A stretch of 52,179 nucleotides of DNA, from the NCBI GenBank assembly GCA_003693705.1, contig RBZT01000136.1, positions 1 through 52,179 on the forward strand, written 5' to 3'. Both the position numbers and the translations under genes were made by a program. Below are positions 11,866 to 24,221 of this stretch, piece by piece. This DNA comes from Polymyxa betae A26-41 (Eukaryota; Protista; Endomyxa: Phytomyxea). The notes beneath the pieces were generated by a model. It did not search any database, was not told where the DNA came from, and saw only the letters and a program-made list of their open reading frames with translations. Position 1 is the stretch's first letter, and each line of letters begins with the position of its first letter.

Positions 11866-13284
11866 ATGGCGAACGCCATCAAGGTCGCGATCTGGCTGGT
11901 TCTCGGACTCGTGCACTTACCCGCGCTCGCGCTGCCATGGCTGTACTGGTCGCGGCGCCAGTACGACCCGCTGCGATCGCGGCGTCCGGCCTTGTTCACG
12001 CAATGCCTGTCGGTGTGCGTCGCCTTCATCTGGCAGCAGATTCTGCGGAATGCGTTCGGCGATCGTCTCGGCCTTTGGTTCGATTTCATCATCGGATCTG
12101 TGATCCTCTTGGTCGTCTATGAATCGTTCTTCGTATTCGCTCTGTCTCTATATATTGCCTATAACAAGACTAAAGAGCAGATGGCCATGTATCAGGCTCT
12201 ATCATCGGCCGCTGCTACTCCCGCCGATGTCGAGGCGTTCATGCGCTCCATCCGATGGTCGTCGTTCATGCTGAGCAATCAGTTCGCGTTCGGCTGGGTC
12301 TGGACCAACACGGCCCTCTGGATGGTCGTACTGCTGACGTATGCGCAGCCGGCGGATCTCTGGACGATCCCGCTGGATGCCGTCGATACTGGACGGACTC
12401 CGAACCCGTTTCCATTCTTCAGTCTTCTGATTCTGGGACGGAATCTCGTTACCATCGCCTGTCTGATTGTAACGAGTTTCCGACTGCGCATCGTTCAGGA
12501 TGCGTTCGGCACGAAGTCGTTACTGAAACGGATCGGGCTGTTCACGACCTGTACAACCGTGTTCTATCTGTTGATGCAGCGCACATTATCTGTGATGTCG
12601 CCGCTCGGCATCCAGTATATGATCAACTTAATTGCGGCCGATTATGTGATCGCTGCGGCGTTTGTTATGCCGTGGTTCCGTGCGCGAAGGTCCGTGAAGA
12701 TGTTGACAGTGGCCGAAGGTAGCACGATTGTCGCCGAGAATGGGAATGTCGGACAGACCGATTTCGAGCTGTTTCTGCGGACTGACGATGGATTTGCGGC
12801 TTTTAAGGCGCATTTGGAGAAGGAGTTCTCTGTAGAGAATCTTCTGTTCTGGAAAGAAGTGATGGGGTTTAGGGGTGACCCCACTACTGAACTTGCGTGG
12901 GCTATCTTTAATAAGTTCCTGTCTAAGACAGCGCCGTTGGAAGTCAACCTACCGAGTGCTTCGTTGAGAAAATTCCGGGAGGTGATGTTCAAAGACCGTG
13001 ACGGACTTCAGGTTGACGCCGATATGTTCGATGATGCCGCAGATCAGCTTGTCAGACTGATGGAAGTGAATTCGTTGCAGCGATTCCTGAAAACGCATCC
13101 TCCCTCCTGGGACAATTTTATGGAATTAAGAGAGGAACAGAAGGCCATAGAACACGCTGTTGAACTACGTAGTATGAAGTCAGCACACCCGAAAACATCG
13201 TTAAAGGCTCTGGAATCTGGAGCCCAGGTCCATCTCTTATCCAATCATCCGTCGAGCTGCGTTTCGGTCGCTTCTCTGGAATAA
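11866..13284 (+). CDS. 7TM-RGS protein, 472 aa (transmembrane region + C-terminal RGS domain, AtRGS1-like architecture)
   Basis: About 7 hydrophobic segments are followed by the RGS signature GFAAFKAHLEKEFSVENLLFWKEV...IFNKFLSKTAPLEVNLP...MFDDAADQLVRLMEVNSLQRFL. The ORF is intronless. Confidence 0.9.
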   Translation: MANAIKVAIWLVLGLVHLPALALPWLYWSRRQYDPLRSRRPALFTQCLSVCVAFIWQQILRNAFGDRLGLWFDFIIGSVILLVVYESFFVFALSLYIAYNKTKEQMAMYQALSSAAATPADVEAFMRSIRWSSFMLSNQFAFGWVWTNTALWMVVLLTYAQPADLWTIPLDAVDTGRTPNPFPFFSLLILGRNLVTIACLIVTSFRLRIVQDAFGTKSLLKRIGLFTTCTTVFYLLMQRTLSVMSPLGIQYMINLIAADYVIAAAFVMPWFRARRSVKMLTVAEGSTIVAENGNVGQTDFELFLRTDDGFAAFKAHLEKEFSVENLLFWKEVMGFRGDPTTELAWAIFNKFLSKTAPLEVNLPSASLRKFREVMFKDRDGLQVDADMFDDAADQLVRLMEVNSLQRFLKTHPPSWDNFMELREEQKAIEHAVELRSMKSAHPKTSLKALESGAQVHLLSNHPSSCVSVASLE

Positions 13285-14124
13285 ATCTTCGGGTTCTTCA
13301 TAGGGTTAGGGTTTGGAGTCCACCTGCTGATCCAAACTGGATATGTTATCTATATAAACAGCTGGAGTTTGCTTTCCAGTATTTCTTCGGTTTAAAGAAT
13401 AGCCGTGCAGATTTGGTGCCGTTGATAGGGTCCTGGTATCGAGTCTCGCCAAGGGATTGTATTACTGCCGAGTTCCCATTGCTATCAGTCAATACGGTAA
13501 TTAACAATCGCATGAGAAACAAAATCACGTTCTTTGAAGGAAAATTTGATTGGAAGAGAATGGGTGGTGACAACTGATAGGTCCAGTGACTAAAATTCCT
13601 TAGAAATTGAATACCTCTCACATTGGTAGGTTGATATTCCAGCGACTGTTAATAACTGCTCTTAGAGGGCGTCGACGTTGTGTTTCTGAATCTTTGTTTT
13701 TGATGCTGTTTGCTGATGATTATGGTTAGAGACGTTTTCGGATATCGCTCTTCCAACCAGAAACGAGACCATCTTAACGCATCGGCCCTCTAAGATGTCG
13801 AAGGAAATGAATTCCCATCAAAGCAGAGAGATGCATTTGGATGCCCGACAGCTGGCTTACTTTCCATTCATGAATTGTGGAAACCCCAGCTATGAACTTC
13901 TCATGATTAGCGCCGTCTTCTGTACCATCTCTCTTTAGATAGATTGCAAATTATGTGCGTTTATGAGGCTTTGTTTAATAGGGTCACGATAGGAGTGAAG
14001 GCTTTATTATAAAAGATCCCTCACCAGCATGGTAGTGAAAAAAGAAAAACTGTTTCCCCGTACGATCGAATTTTGTAAGCGATGAACGCAGCCAATTGAA
14101 TACCGTGGATGGATAACCACTAGG

Positions 14125-15498
14125 TTAAGCTGTAACCTGAATTTCGATATCGGATTTCCTGTAAGATTGTGTCGCCGTCACAGTTCCATTCTTACGTAGC
14201 TCTCCAGCATGTACCATGGCCTTCTGTTCCTCTCTCAATTCCATAAATTTCGCCCAAGATGGAGGCTGCGTCTTTTGGAATCGCTGCAACGAGTTCACTT
14301 CCATCAACCGAACAAGCTGATCGCAGGCATCATCGAACATATCGACCTCAACTTGAAGTCCATCCCGATCTGTAAACATCTCCTCGCGGAACTTCCGCAA
14401 CGAAGCGCTCGGTAAGTTGACCTCCAGCGGCGCCGTCTTCGACAGATATTGATCGAAGATCGCCCATGCATGATCACGAGTGGGGTCACCCCTAAACCCC
14501 ATCACTTCTTTCCAAAACAGAAGATTCTCTACAGAGAACTCCTTCTCCAGATGTGCCTTAAACGCGGCAAACCCATCTTCAGTCCGCAGAAACAGTTCGA
14601 GATCAGTCTGTGCGTGGTTCTCTGCCACGATGGCGCTACCCTCGGCCACTGTTAGCATCCGAACCGAATGGAACGACTTCAGCATCGGCAGCAGAAACGC
14701 CTTCACGATGATGTAATCGACGGCCATCAAATTGATCAGATACTGAATGCCAAGCGGCGATGCCTTCGCTAACGATCCCGACGCCACCAGATAGAAGATC
14801 GTCGTACATGTCGTGAACAGCCCGATCCGTTTCAGCAGCGCTTTCGTTCCGAACGCATCCTGAACGATCCGCAGCCGGAAACTGGTCACAATCAGGCAGA
14901 AGATCGTGATCAGGTTGCGGCCGAGGACCAGCACGGAGAACAGCTTGAACGGCGTCACAACCAGGCCGGAATCGACCGCATCCAGAGCGACGGAATAAAA
15001 CGGGTCGGTGGGCGGCGCGTAGCCCAGTACGACGATCATCCAGACGGCGACATTGATCCAGACCCAGCCGAATGCGAACTGATTGCTTAATAGGAACGAC
15101 GACCATTTGATCGAGCGCATGAAGGCGTCAACATCCGCGGGCGTGGCCGTACTGGATGATGACAGAGCCTGATACATGGCCATCTGCTCTTTAGTCTTGT
15201 TATAGGCAATATATAGAGACAGAGCGAATACGAAGAACGATTCATAGGCAGCCAGCAGGATGATGGATCCGATGATGTTATCGAACCAGGCTCCGATGTA
15301 GGCTCCCAAGGCGTTCCGAAGGACCTGATGCCAGACGAACAGGACGCAGATCAACAGGCATTGCGTGAACAGCGCCGGACGACGCGATCGCAGCGGGTCG
15401 TACTGGCGCCGCCGCCAGTACAGCCAGGGCAGCGCCAGCGTCGGCAGATGCAGGACGCCGAGTACGACCCAGATCGCGATCTTGACGGCGTTCACCAT
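14125..15498 (-). CDS. 7TM-RGS protein, 457 aa, inverted paralog of 11866..13284
   Basis: Colinear with the + copy over nearly its full length, with the same RGS signature. Confidence 0.9.
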   Translation of the reverse strand: MVNAVKIAIWVVLGVLHLPTLALPWLYWRRRQYDPLRSRRPALFTQCLLICVLFVWHQVLRNALGAYIGAWFDNIIGSIILLAAYESFFVFALSLYIAYNKTKEQMAMYQALSSSSTATPADVDAFMRSIKWSSFLLSNQFAFGWVWINVAVWMIVVLGYAPPTDPFYSVALDAVDSGLVVTPFKLFSVLVLGRNLITIFCLIVTSFRLRIVQDAFGTKALLKRIGLFTTCTTIFYLVASGSLAKASPLGIQYLINLMAVDYIIVKAFLLPMLKSFHSVRMLTVAEGSAIVAENHAQTDLELFLRTEDGFAAFKAHLEKEFSVENLLFWKEVMGFRGDPTRDHAWAIFDQYLSKTAPLEVNLPSASLRKFREEMFTDRDGLQVEVDMFDDACDQLVRLMEVNSLQRFQKTQPPSWAKFMELREEQKAMVHAGELRKNGTVTATQSYRKSDIEIQVTA

Positions 15499-16351
15499 GT
15501 TCGGCGACGTAGCCGACCGTGGTACGGGTTATGGCGGCGGCGATTGATCGCGCGATATTGTTCGGTCGGGCGGCGCGTGTGCGCGTACCGGACCCGTGAC
15601 CCCTACCCCCCCGGATCTTCGCGATCTTCGGCAACAATCTTCTCATGATATGATTGGTTTGACTGCGCTCATGCAGCGAACCCCGGGCGTGTTTCTTCCG
15701 GGCTTTGTTGATCTGATTAGGATTTGCCTCAATCGCTTGTATTTTTCAGATTCTGTCTCGTGCTTGGATCGAATAATAAAGCTTTGGCGAACGAGATTTG
15801 TGAGTTGTGTTTGTAGAAGCCTTCAGCTATGTGATTGTGATCGATTATTCCGATCCTGCCATGTCGATTCTGGTTCACGATTTCGAGTTAAATTGAGAAA
15901 CTTGAACCTAAAAGGTTTGTGAGGTAAGGTGAAATAGAAGTTCATGTTAGCTGTTAAGTCAACACGGACGTCCTGGTCTTTGACAGAAGGACCCTACTTG
16001 TTGTCATAAAAATTTTATTTCTTTTAAAAATAAAGCGATAAAGACAAGTTCCTAGATGCTATCTGTCCTGAAAGACTTTATCAACTTCGTATCTTCTCAT
16101 GATGCTCCTCTCTCAGGCATTGACCATTGGAATTTGTTTGTCCCTAATACAACAGCCCCAGCAAACGATACTGATAAAGAGGGCGGATTACCCGGGATGA
16201 AGGGACAGTTGAAATTCATCTGAGTTGTCTATTGAAATACCTTTCTCTTTCTTGCCAAAATCTCGACATTACCGCTACATCGTCTATTTCTTTGGCGAAG
16301 TTTCTCCATTCTTCAAGACTGCCAACAACCACACATAACCACAACCACTGA

Positions 16352-17717
16352 TTATATGTATTCAATTGGAACGCGCTCTTCATTAAGAGCTTCGGCAAAC
16401 GTGTCATGGTCCACTACGACATCGCCAGCTTGAAACGGGAGCTTTTCGACATCTGATACTGGATGGGTTGCTTTCAGCGCCTCATACTGAGATTGCAGCA
16501 GAATTAAATGGGTCTTTCTCAGGAATTTCGTCACGCCGTCCTCTGCAGAATTCAGTTCCAGATAGGTTGCTTTAAGATCTGATAGAAGCTGCTTCAATCT
16601 TGGAACAATTCCGGGCATGGAGAGCATCCTATTAAGGATCACAGGTTGCTTGAACTTAATAGCGACATGACATATTAGATAGACGGATCTGGGATCAGAA
16701 ATCCAACGAACACATCCTCGATGGCGGACGATTTCCTCGATCAAATCGAATCGCTTTGAGTGACAGAGCTGGGCCAAATCATATTCGAAGCAGCCTGGAT
16801 GTAAATAAGGCAGCATGGCTCGGAACTGAGCAGCTGTGATGTCCATTTTACAGATTTGCGAAACTGTGAAGACATTTCCAATCTGATACAGAGCGGATAC
16901 AATCTCGGGGTTGTTGAAGACGATCTCGCACTGTCTTGCGATGAGTTCGTCAAATTCGAACAAATTCACAGTTTGCAGATATTGTTGCAGATCTTGCGGA
17001 ATCGAAGACCCCAGAAATGACATCAACTAAATTTGGTCTTGGCGGACGTCGTGATCCAGCTTGACCATCATACGATGGACACCAGATGGAATCTGATCGA
17101 ATACAGAGACGTCGTAATATTGTACAGCGATTTGAGCGAATGCTCTTCGATGAAGGGAAACGTATTCAAGGCTGCAAGGTCGAATAAAATCCCCGATGAT
17201 ACAATTGGCCAGCAATCTACAATCACAGGCAGAGAGCAGGAATTTCAACGCCGTTTTCAGAGCTTGATGATGATCATCGAGAAGCGAATCATCCATACCG
17301 TACAATCGCTGCTCCAGAGAAAAGATCTTCGACGGAGTTAACTGCGACTTTAACGTCGTGATCAGATAAGGCATGATGTCACGGACTCCGTCTCCGGACC
17401 AGGAGTCAGGGTCCGGCACGCCGGCCATGCGACCCAGGGCCAGCACGAACCCCGCATCGGACGTGGCCGGATCGAACAGCGGATCGACGATCGCCTTCCG
17501 AATCCACTCCTGACACGAAGTCCGGCACAGACGACGACACGGGGCCGACGTCCGGCACAGCGGGGCCAGTACGCCCGGGTCGTCGGCGAACTGCTGCTCG
17601 AGGACGTGCAGGAGTTCGTAATTGTCCAGCGTGGTGCGGGCAGCGGGCCGCGGCGGCTGCGGGCCGTGGGCCAGCACGCCAGCAGTGATGGTGAGAAAGC
17701 GCGGCCACGACCAGCAT
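16352..17717 (-). pseudogene. Disrupted signal peptide + F-box-like gene, paralog of 39856..41166
   Basis: ATG 17717 gives MLVVAA, then a frameshift near 17698 leads into FLTITAGVLAHGPQ. An in-frame TAG sits at 17029-17027. It shares IVDPLFDP..SDAGF, NPEIVSALYQIGNVF, LICHVAIKF and VVDHDTFAEAL with the intact paralog. The lesions could be sequencing errors. Confidence 0.75.
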
Positions 17718-18906
17718 GGTGTTCGGTCGATGGAGATTTGGAGACTGGGTCAGCGGACCCCGCGATCAGTGACCGGACGCAGTCCGCAAAAGAACGATTT
17801 TTTAAGGGTGTCGATCTGTCACTTGACTGGATCTACGGACTGCGTAGTTCACGGAAACCAAAGCGATAGGGTTAAGAGTCTTTTGGAGCAAACGCTTAAA
17901 TGGAGGTGATAAAGAGCATCATGGTAGATTGGCCGCGCTTGGTCATCTTAAGCCCAGTCCCCAAAGCGGTTATCCCTTGGACCTGTAGTTGAACAGGAGA
18001 CGACCGAAGGAGCCCTGTTGCTAATCCGTCTATCATGATCATTTGGTGAATCGGTTCAATTTTCGAAGGTTTCATCTTACTACAAACAACTGATTGTACC
18101 CATATCAGCAACGAAGCGTGAATCTGCTACAAAAGAATGTGATTGCAGGACAGTCTTGACTAAGAGCTGTCACAAAACAATCCTGGTCCAATACGACGTC
18201 AATGGCAGCGACCCGTAAGTTGTCAAGTACATGAAAAGCAGGACGGATCTGCTTGAACTGTTCATCATGATGCTGTAGTATATCTTGCTGTATATCTCGT
18301 AGGTATCTTGTAAGGCCATGACCCTTATGAGGCTGTATTAAGTATGAGGATTCCAAATGCGGTAAGTTCTCCGTTATTTTCAGCACAGAGGCAGCCTGCC
18401 AAAATGCCATTTTGTTTTAACTTAATAGCGACATGACAGAATAGATAGCCTGTGTATCGCATGTCATAAGAATGCCAGCCTGATACGAACGATTTTGGCT
18501 ATCAGATCGAGGCGTCCTAATTCCTAGTACATATAAATACCTCCATAGAATGCAAAGCCAAGCAAATGATCCGAACTCAAAAGCCGCGCTGTTATAATAT
18601 GGATTGAACCCTAAACCCTTCACTGCAAACATGTTAATATAACAGTAGATATGAAGTGGAATCCGACAATTCATTGTGGAACATTAATGCACAATACAAA
18701 TTCACAATGGCACTCCGCTGTATCCTACATTACGACTTTCGGGTGCAGAGCATTTCTCGGTCCCGATCTACATCATCCTCACGCAAGAATCTGTAAAGTT
18801 GTTTGTGAAGCCAGTCTGTTACTCAGATATGGCTGTTTGTTGGAAATCAGTGTGATGAGCCGTGTAAAAAATGAGAGATTTTGGCGTGAGATAGTGGAGA
18901 GATGAT

Positions 18907-21900
18907 TTATTGAAACTCCACTCGGCATATCGGACATTCGATGTTCTCAAACATCGGACTTGAGAGCATAAATTTGGCCGAGCAGTTGACATGTGCGAAA
19001 TGACCGTTTCCGCATGGAAACTGCACCAACATACGATCAGCGGTCGTACTGGACATATCCTAGCAGGACAAGTCATTATACAGCGCGACAATAGAATGTT
19101 TTGGAAAAAAAGACTGTTTGGCAGAAGTTTAAGAACAAAATGAGAGAAGAAAACATGTACGGACTTCGAATTCTGCATCAGCGTTGGATGGTTCCATTGA
19201 CTTCAAATCGATCAGACAGAAAGGACAGTCAGTATTTCGGACCTGACGAAACATAAGCGCGAGTCAAGTCCGAAGCCTGATTCCTTACAAGTCCGAGATC
19301 CGAATCGGAGTCCGAAATATCGATTGGTTGAAACCACTCCGGAACGAACACTAAATCATTGCAACTTTAATCGGTTCCATCTTTTCTCCACGCGTGGAGA
19401 CTGGGCTGCGCCTCCACGCGTGGAGACTGGGCTGCGCCTCCACGCGTGGAGAATAGGCTGCGCATCCACGCAAAATTGTATGAGAATCCCCAACTTAGTG
19501 TATTGGTACAGAGGTGGGGATTTGGTGATGGATTGCTAGATTCCTTCCTTGTCTAAGCAACGGGATCACGCCAGATATCACTCCATCGATCGTAATTTCC
19601 AAACTTTGTTAGAATCAGGAAATAAACTGTGTGTATTGAAAAAAATACATATCACTGGATTGCCGATCTATCTTGTGGAAGAATGTAAGGGCATTTAATG
19701 CTTCCCGCTCTATGTCAGATGACGTCACGCCGTTCTTGATACACGTCTTGCATTTTCCCGGAGCGCGTTTCTTTAATGCAGATCTGAATTGCGAATTTAG
19801 GACACAGTATCATGGGATCCGTTGATGTAAATACCTGTTAATATCGTCAGCAGTAGAAGACCTTCCTCGCTTAACAGGCGGATGTAGTGGAAGGTTCAGC
19901 CTGGAATCACTTGAAGGCTCGAATCCAAGCGGTCCACGGTCAACAGCAGGATCGGTATTTGCCAATATAAACGACGATGGGGGTATCGCCATGAAGACTG
20001 ACAAGTATCTGGTATCTATTTGTGACGGCTCGTTATCAACGCTAGTGCACAGTCCTGGAGAATTTGCATTATCTTTCGGGGATTCAGGGAAAATTAACGG
20101 CGAAACAGGCAGAGAAGTTAGTTGGGAGAATGATTTTATCGGCGACGATAACAGTTGTAAAACTTCTGCGTCCGACTTCTGTAAACACTCGTCAGAACTC
20201 GGATTCTGCTTTGACGTTGGTGAACACGCGGCCGCGATTGCGTGCTGCTGTGATGATAGAGCAGATGGAGTGACATCCGGCGTGCAACCGTTGCTTGGAC
20301 GAGGAAGAAATCTAGTAATCCATGACATCAGGAACCACGAAGTCCCTCTACCTCTCTCTACACTAAGTTGGGGATCCCTCATACAATTTGGCGTGGATGC
20401 GCAACCTATTCTCCACTCGTGGAGGTGGAGAAAAGATGGAACCGAACTTTAATACACCCAAGACAGTGAGCAATAAAAACACGAAACGAAACTGGTAACG
20501 TAAGTTCATGAGAAACGATTTCGAAACATTAAACGTTACACACAGGAAACGAGCTGTGGAAACGCGTCCGAAACGCGCTGTTGACTGTCGAGACTCAGAT
20601 GGAGATAGGTCCGTCGTAGCAGCTCCAGTACGGCATCTTGTGTCACACCCGGACTCTGTAACTGCTCCGTCACGGACTCCGACTCCAGCAAGGCCCGAAG
20701 GAGCTCCTCGAAATCCAGTTCCGTGTCATTGGCCGCAATAACCACCTGGGCCAGTGAGATCGCATTCGCATCCGTCCATCGCCATCTCGGGCTCCGTACT
20801 AGCCCAATGTGAAGAGGTCCGAGATCGGAGGCCGTCGTCAGTGCCGCGACGAAAATTTGTGCGAATTTAAGGCGGAGGCAAGCTTCTTCTGAATCGATAT
20901 CGTTATCGTCGCCATTACTTGCCACGGTATACAGACGCCGGACAAGGACCGACTCCGACAAGTCCGATAACGGATCTTCTGACTCCGCAATTATGGTTCG
21001 ATATCTGTCAACGACACCGAGCCTGTTATGATGCTTATTAGAGCGAACAAACATTTGAAACGAAACAGCGAAATAGTGCGCGGGGACTGATGGTAAAGGT
21101 AACGTGATTCGTACCATAGTCCGAGAGTGGCGGCAATACGATGCATTACAGCAGATGTGGTTAACGGATTGTCGAGGAGAAGTTCACCAGTATAGTAGAT
21201 ATCAAATATATGAGAGTCCGAATTACATTGTAATAAGTCGTAGTAGATAGATCCAATAGATTCTCGAATGTGAAATTCAGGACTGTAACGAATATCAGTG
21301 GATGGGGGGATACAGTAACAGGTTTTGTCACATGTCAAGATCAATCAATGAAAGGAGCAAATCGATCTGATCGCTCTGCGGCATCATTCGTAATATTGTA
21401 AGTTGAGTGATCTCTCCAGAAATAAACATTCGGTTGAATATATTCCGAAAAGCTCTGGTCACACTCAGTCCAAAGGCCTGAAGTATCATCCGAGTCAGTG
21501 GAAACTCCAAAAATATGAAACATAATGACATGCGATCAATGCACCAGCAGGAAAATGTAACGTGTAACAGGCAGGCGAAATCTGTAAGAGAACAAAAACT
21601 AACTGACCTGTAACGAGGTAATGACCAGGTGAAACGTTTCTGCATCAAGTACGTAGCGAGTCGGCTCGTGTCAATACTCAGAACGAACATAGTTAATATA
21701 GATTGAACATACGCGGACATATCAACGAGGATATCATCTAATAAACTCTCTACGCATTGGTTCAGTCGGTTTTCGGCCTCCGCATCGGAGATCAGCCACT
21801 GTCTCGGCGTCCGGACATAGTCCGGGAATGACTTAGAGAAGAGCTGAAAAAACGTGTGCATCCATGGACGAGGGCTTGCAACCATCGACGCGCACACCGC

Positions 21901-22563
21901 CACGGATTTCGCATCCTGAATTGGTGGCTTCAATAAAATCGCTTGCCAGAAATCATATAACTCCGAGTTGTGCAGCATCGACTCCTCAACCGGACGCGAT
22001 TCGCGAAGGGACGGCAACACAAAGCGTTCGTACACGAGATGCAGAACGGCGGCGGTGTTGTGGGCGAGCACGACCGGCGTCGTCCGAGCGGAAATGTTGA
22101 GATAGACCGGAGAGAATTCGCTGGCGTAGTCCGAGAGGGTTGCGGTTAACAGCTTGAACAGGAGCGTCTCGGAGTTCGCGGATACTGTGTTAAGATCCGC
22201 ACGCGGCATCACCGTCATGAGGACGGCCGCGAAGCGCCATTTGTTGACGCAGTCCGAAGCCAATAGATCGCAAACAACTTCGAATCTTGCAGAAGATCCG
22301 GGCTGCAGGCAGGCGGCCACTGGCTGCCATGATCGCAATAGAAAGCTGTCGGCTGTGAGACCGTCAGTCTCAGGATCAGTACGACCTGGGAGGAAATGCG
22401 GAAATAGATCGCGGACTAGTTGGCAGATACAGGCGGGATGTCTCGGGTTGCGCTCTTCGGCGATACTTGTGTGTAGCATTGAGAGCTTATCACGGACTAT
22501 ATCGTCGGAAAGAGGCTGCGATAGAGCGCAGCTCAGCATGAGCAGGCAGATGTAGATCTTCAT
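18907..22563 (-). CDS. Secreted protein with C-terminal RING-H2 domain (candidate E3 ligase effector A)
   Basis: Signal peptide MKIYICLLMLSCALSQP. Phase-consistent introns join ORFs 21328..22563, 20991..21344 and 20536..21117. A proposed intron at 20543-19351 contains the MULE. Exons 19350-19289, 19242-19165 and 19059-18907 encode CPFC...CGNGHFAHVNC...CPICR. The RING exons are firm; the join across the MULE is inferred. Confidence 0.7.
19372..20444. mobile_element. Non-autonomous Mutator-like (MULE) DNA transposon
   Basis: Long imperfect TIRs of about 160-190 bp (CGGTTCCATCTTTTCTCCAC... and ...GTGGAGAAAAGATGGAACCG). A perfect 9-bp TSD, AACTTTAAT, lies at 19363-19371 and 20445-20453. No intact transposase. 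Confidence 0.88.
19386..19451. repeat. Three copies of the palindrome CTCCACGCGTGGAG at 26-bp period in the left TIR
   Basis: Copies start at 19386, 19412 and 19438. The right TIR has one variant copy (CTCCACTCGTGGAG). Confidence 0.9.
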
Positions 22564-22904
22564 CTGAGATCAGGAACAGGGAGGCAAACGAACGATGACC
22601 ACAGTCAGAAAGAAATGACGGAATGCGAAACTGCGTACGGGGTGCTCGGGCTTTACGTCTCGAGTCCTTTGTGATCCAGAATGAAAGTTTTTTATGGCCA
22701 CTTCAACCATAAGAAAGTGGATCACTTCCAAACCTTCCGTAATTACGCAAAATACGAAAATTGATGTCCTGGTTTGTGTCACTGACATCAAGACATTCTG
22801 CGCATGTTTGTGTTAAGATCCGGGTCTCCCAAAACCGGGAAACTGCGGTCGTTAAATCTGAAACTCAATCCAGTATTATATTCTCGTAAAACTAATACGG
22901 TCGG

Positions 22905-23160
22905 TGGAGGGGTTTTGTATCAATTATAAGCGATTATCAATTATATAAATTAGCTATAAGCCATAGAACGCATGTCGGAGGAGGCGTTCCCTTTCGATTA
23001 TAAGCGAGAATAAGTTATTCAATGTCAGATTACTTACACTGTGGACGGGTTTTATATTAATTATAAGCGAGAAATATTTTATCAATATTAGCTATAAGTC
23101 ATGGAACTCATTTCAGTGGACGCTTTCCCTCTCAGTTGTATGCGAGAATTAGTTATAAGA
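22905..23160. repeat. Diverged tandem duplication of about 135 bp with ATTATAAGCGA / TTAGCTATAAG motifs
   Basis: GTGGAGGGGTTTTGTATCAATTATAAGCGA...TTAGCTATAAGCCATAGAACGCAT is repeated as GTGGACGGGTTTTATATTAATTATAAGCGA...TTAGCTATAAGTCATGGAACTCAT. Confidence 0.7.
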
Positions 23161-24221
23161 GCATGAGTTATAAGTGAGTCTACGGTGTAATTTACGGAAT
23201 ACGAGAACCGCAATACAGTGACATGCACTTAATAAATTTTCTTCGCGCAGATTTTTGTGAAGGGGAGCGGAACACACTACCTCGAGAGAGTGACTTTCGC
23301 TCACGTTTTGCCGATTTTGTCGAGAGCCCGAAGGCCAATGCGCTACCAATTGCAATGGGGCTTCACAAGGGCTTCAGCAAACAGTTAAGGATCAGCTGGA
23401 AAGGCTTTAACTATCGAATGTAGCTGCCGAGAACAGTCGCCGTCGTAACGGAGGATCGCGTACCAAAACCGGCAATCCTGCTCTCACAAAAGTAAGTGTG
23501 ACAGCGTATCCAGCCGCAATGGATCCGAAAGCACGTAAATCAATCAAGTTGGAAACAGGATCTCCCGTAAATATTGTATTTACGTTGGATTGCAACCTAC
23601 GACCAAGTTCTAGTCGATGTGCACTGCAGGAATGCCGAAATAAATCTTCACTATTTATTTCATGCTTCAGGAATAATTTATTCCTCTCGTTTTGCTGCGG
23701 AATGGAATTATTCCACATGTTCAGCCTTCGGAAATAACTTATTCTTTCAGCTCCTGAGAATATACGAGTAATAAATAAGTCTACGATAAGCAGGACCATG
23801 AAAACGTCGAAGAAGAAAGTAGTTTAATCACTGGATGCAATGAAACCAATTTCAAAGAGAGCGAAATTCTCGCATTGCAAATTTCTAATCAAGTTCGCTC
23901 AGACTTCGTCAGCGTTAAAGTCGAAGACCGGTGAGGACTATACAATCAACCGAATGTTGAGTCGTTTTCGTCGGTTAGCTCGTCGAACCCGCGATTAAAA
24001 CTGAGAGCATAAGCTCCCAAAATGTCTTCGTTCAGTTTAGCCAAGGGTCAGTCAGAGTGCGCTGTGCCCGAAGATACAAGAACGACACAGACATGTTGGC
24101 TCTTGTAATCGGGAAAAGGTTCGCCTGTACGAAACCGAGAACCTTGTCGTCAGGCATAGGATCGCAAATTTGGCTAATGAGTAGAATTCTAAAAGAATCA
24201 ATCCCTCTCCTATGAGCTCAG

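Noticed and set aside
17027-17029. Stop-codon readthrough or alternative genetic code at the in-frame TAG
   Set aside because: The same gene also has a frameshift and the other genes translate normally. Pseudogenisation or sequencing error is simpler.
19386-19451. Palindromic repeats resembling a mini-CRISPR
   Set aside because: The spacers are identical, the period is only 26 bp, there are no cas genes, the context is eukaryotic, and the array lies inside a transposon TIR.
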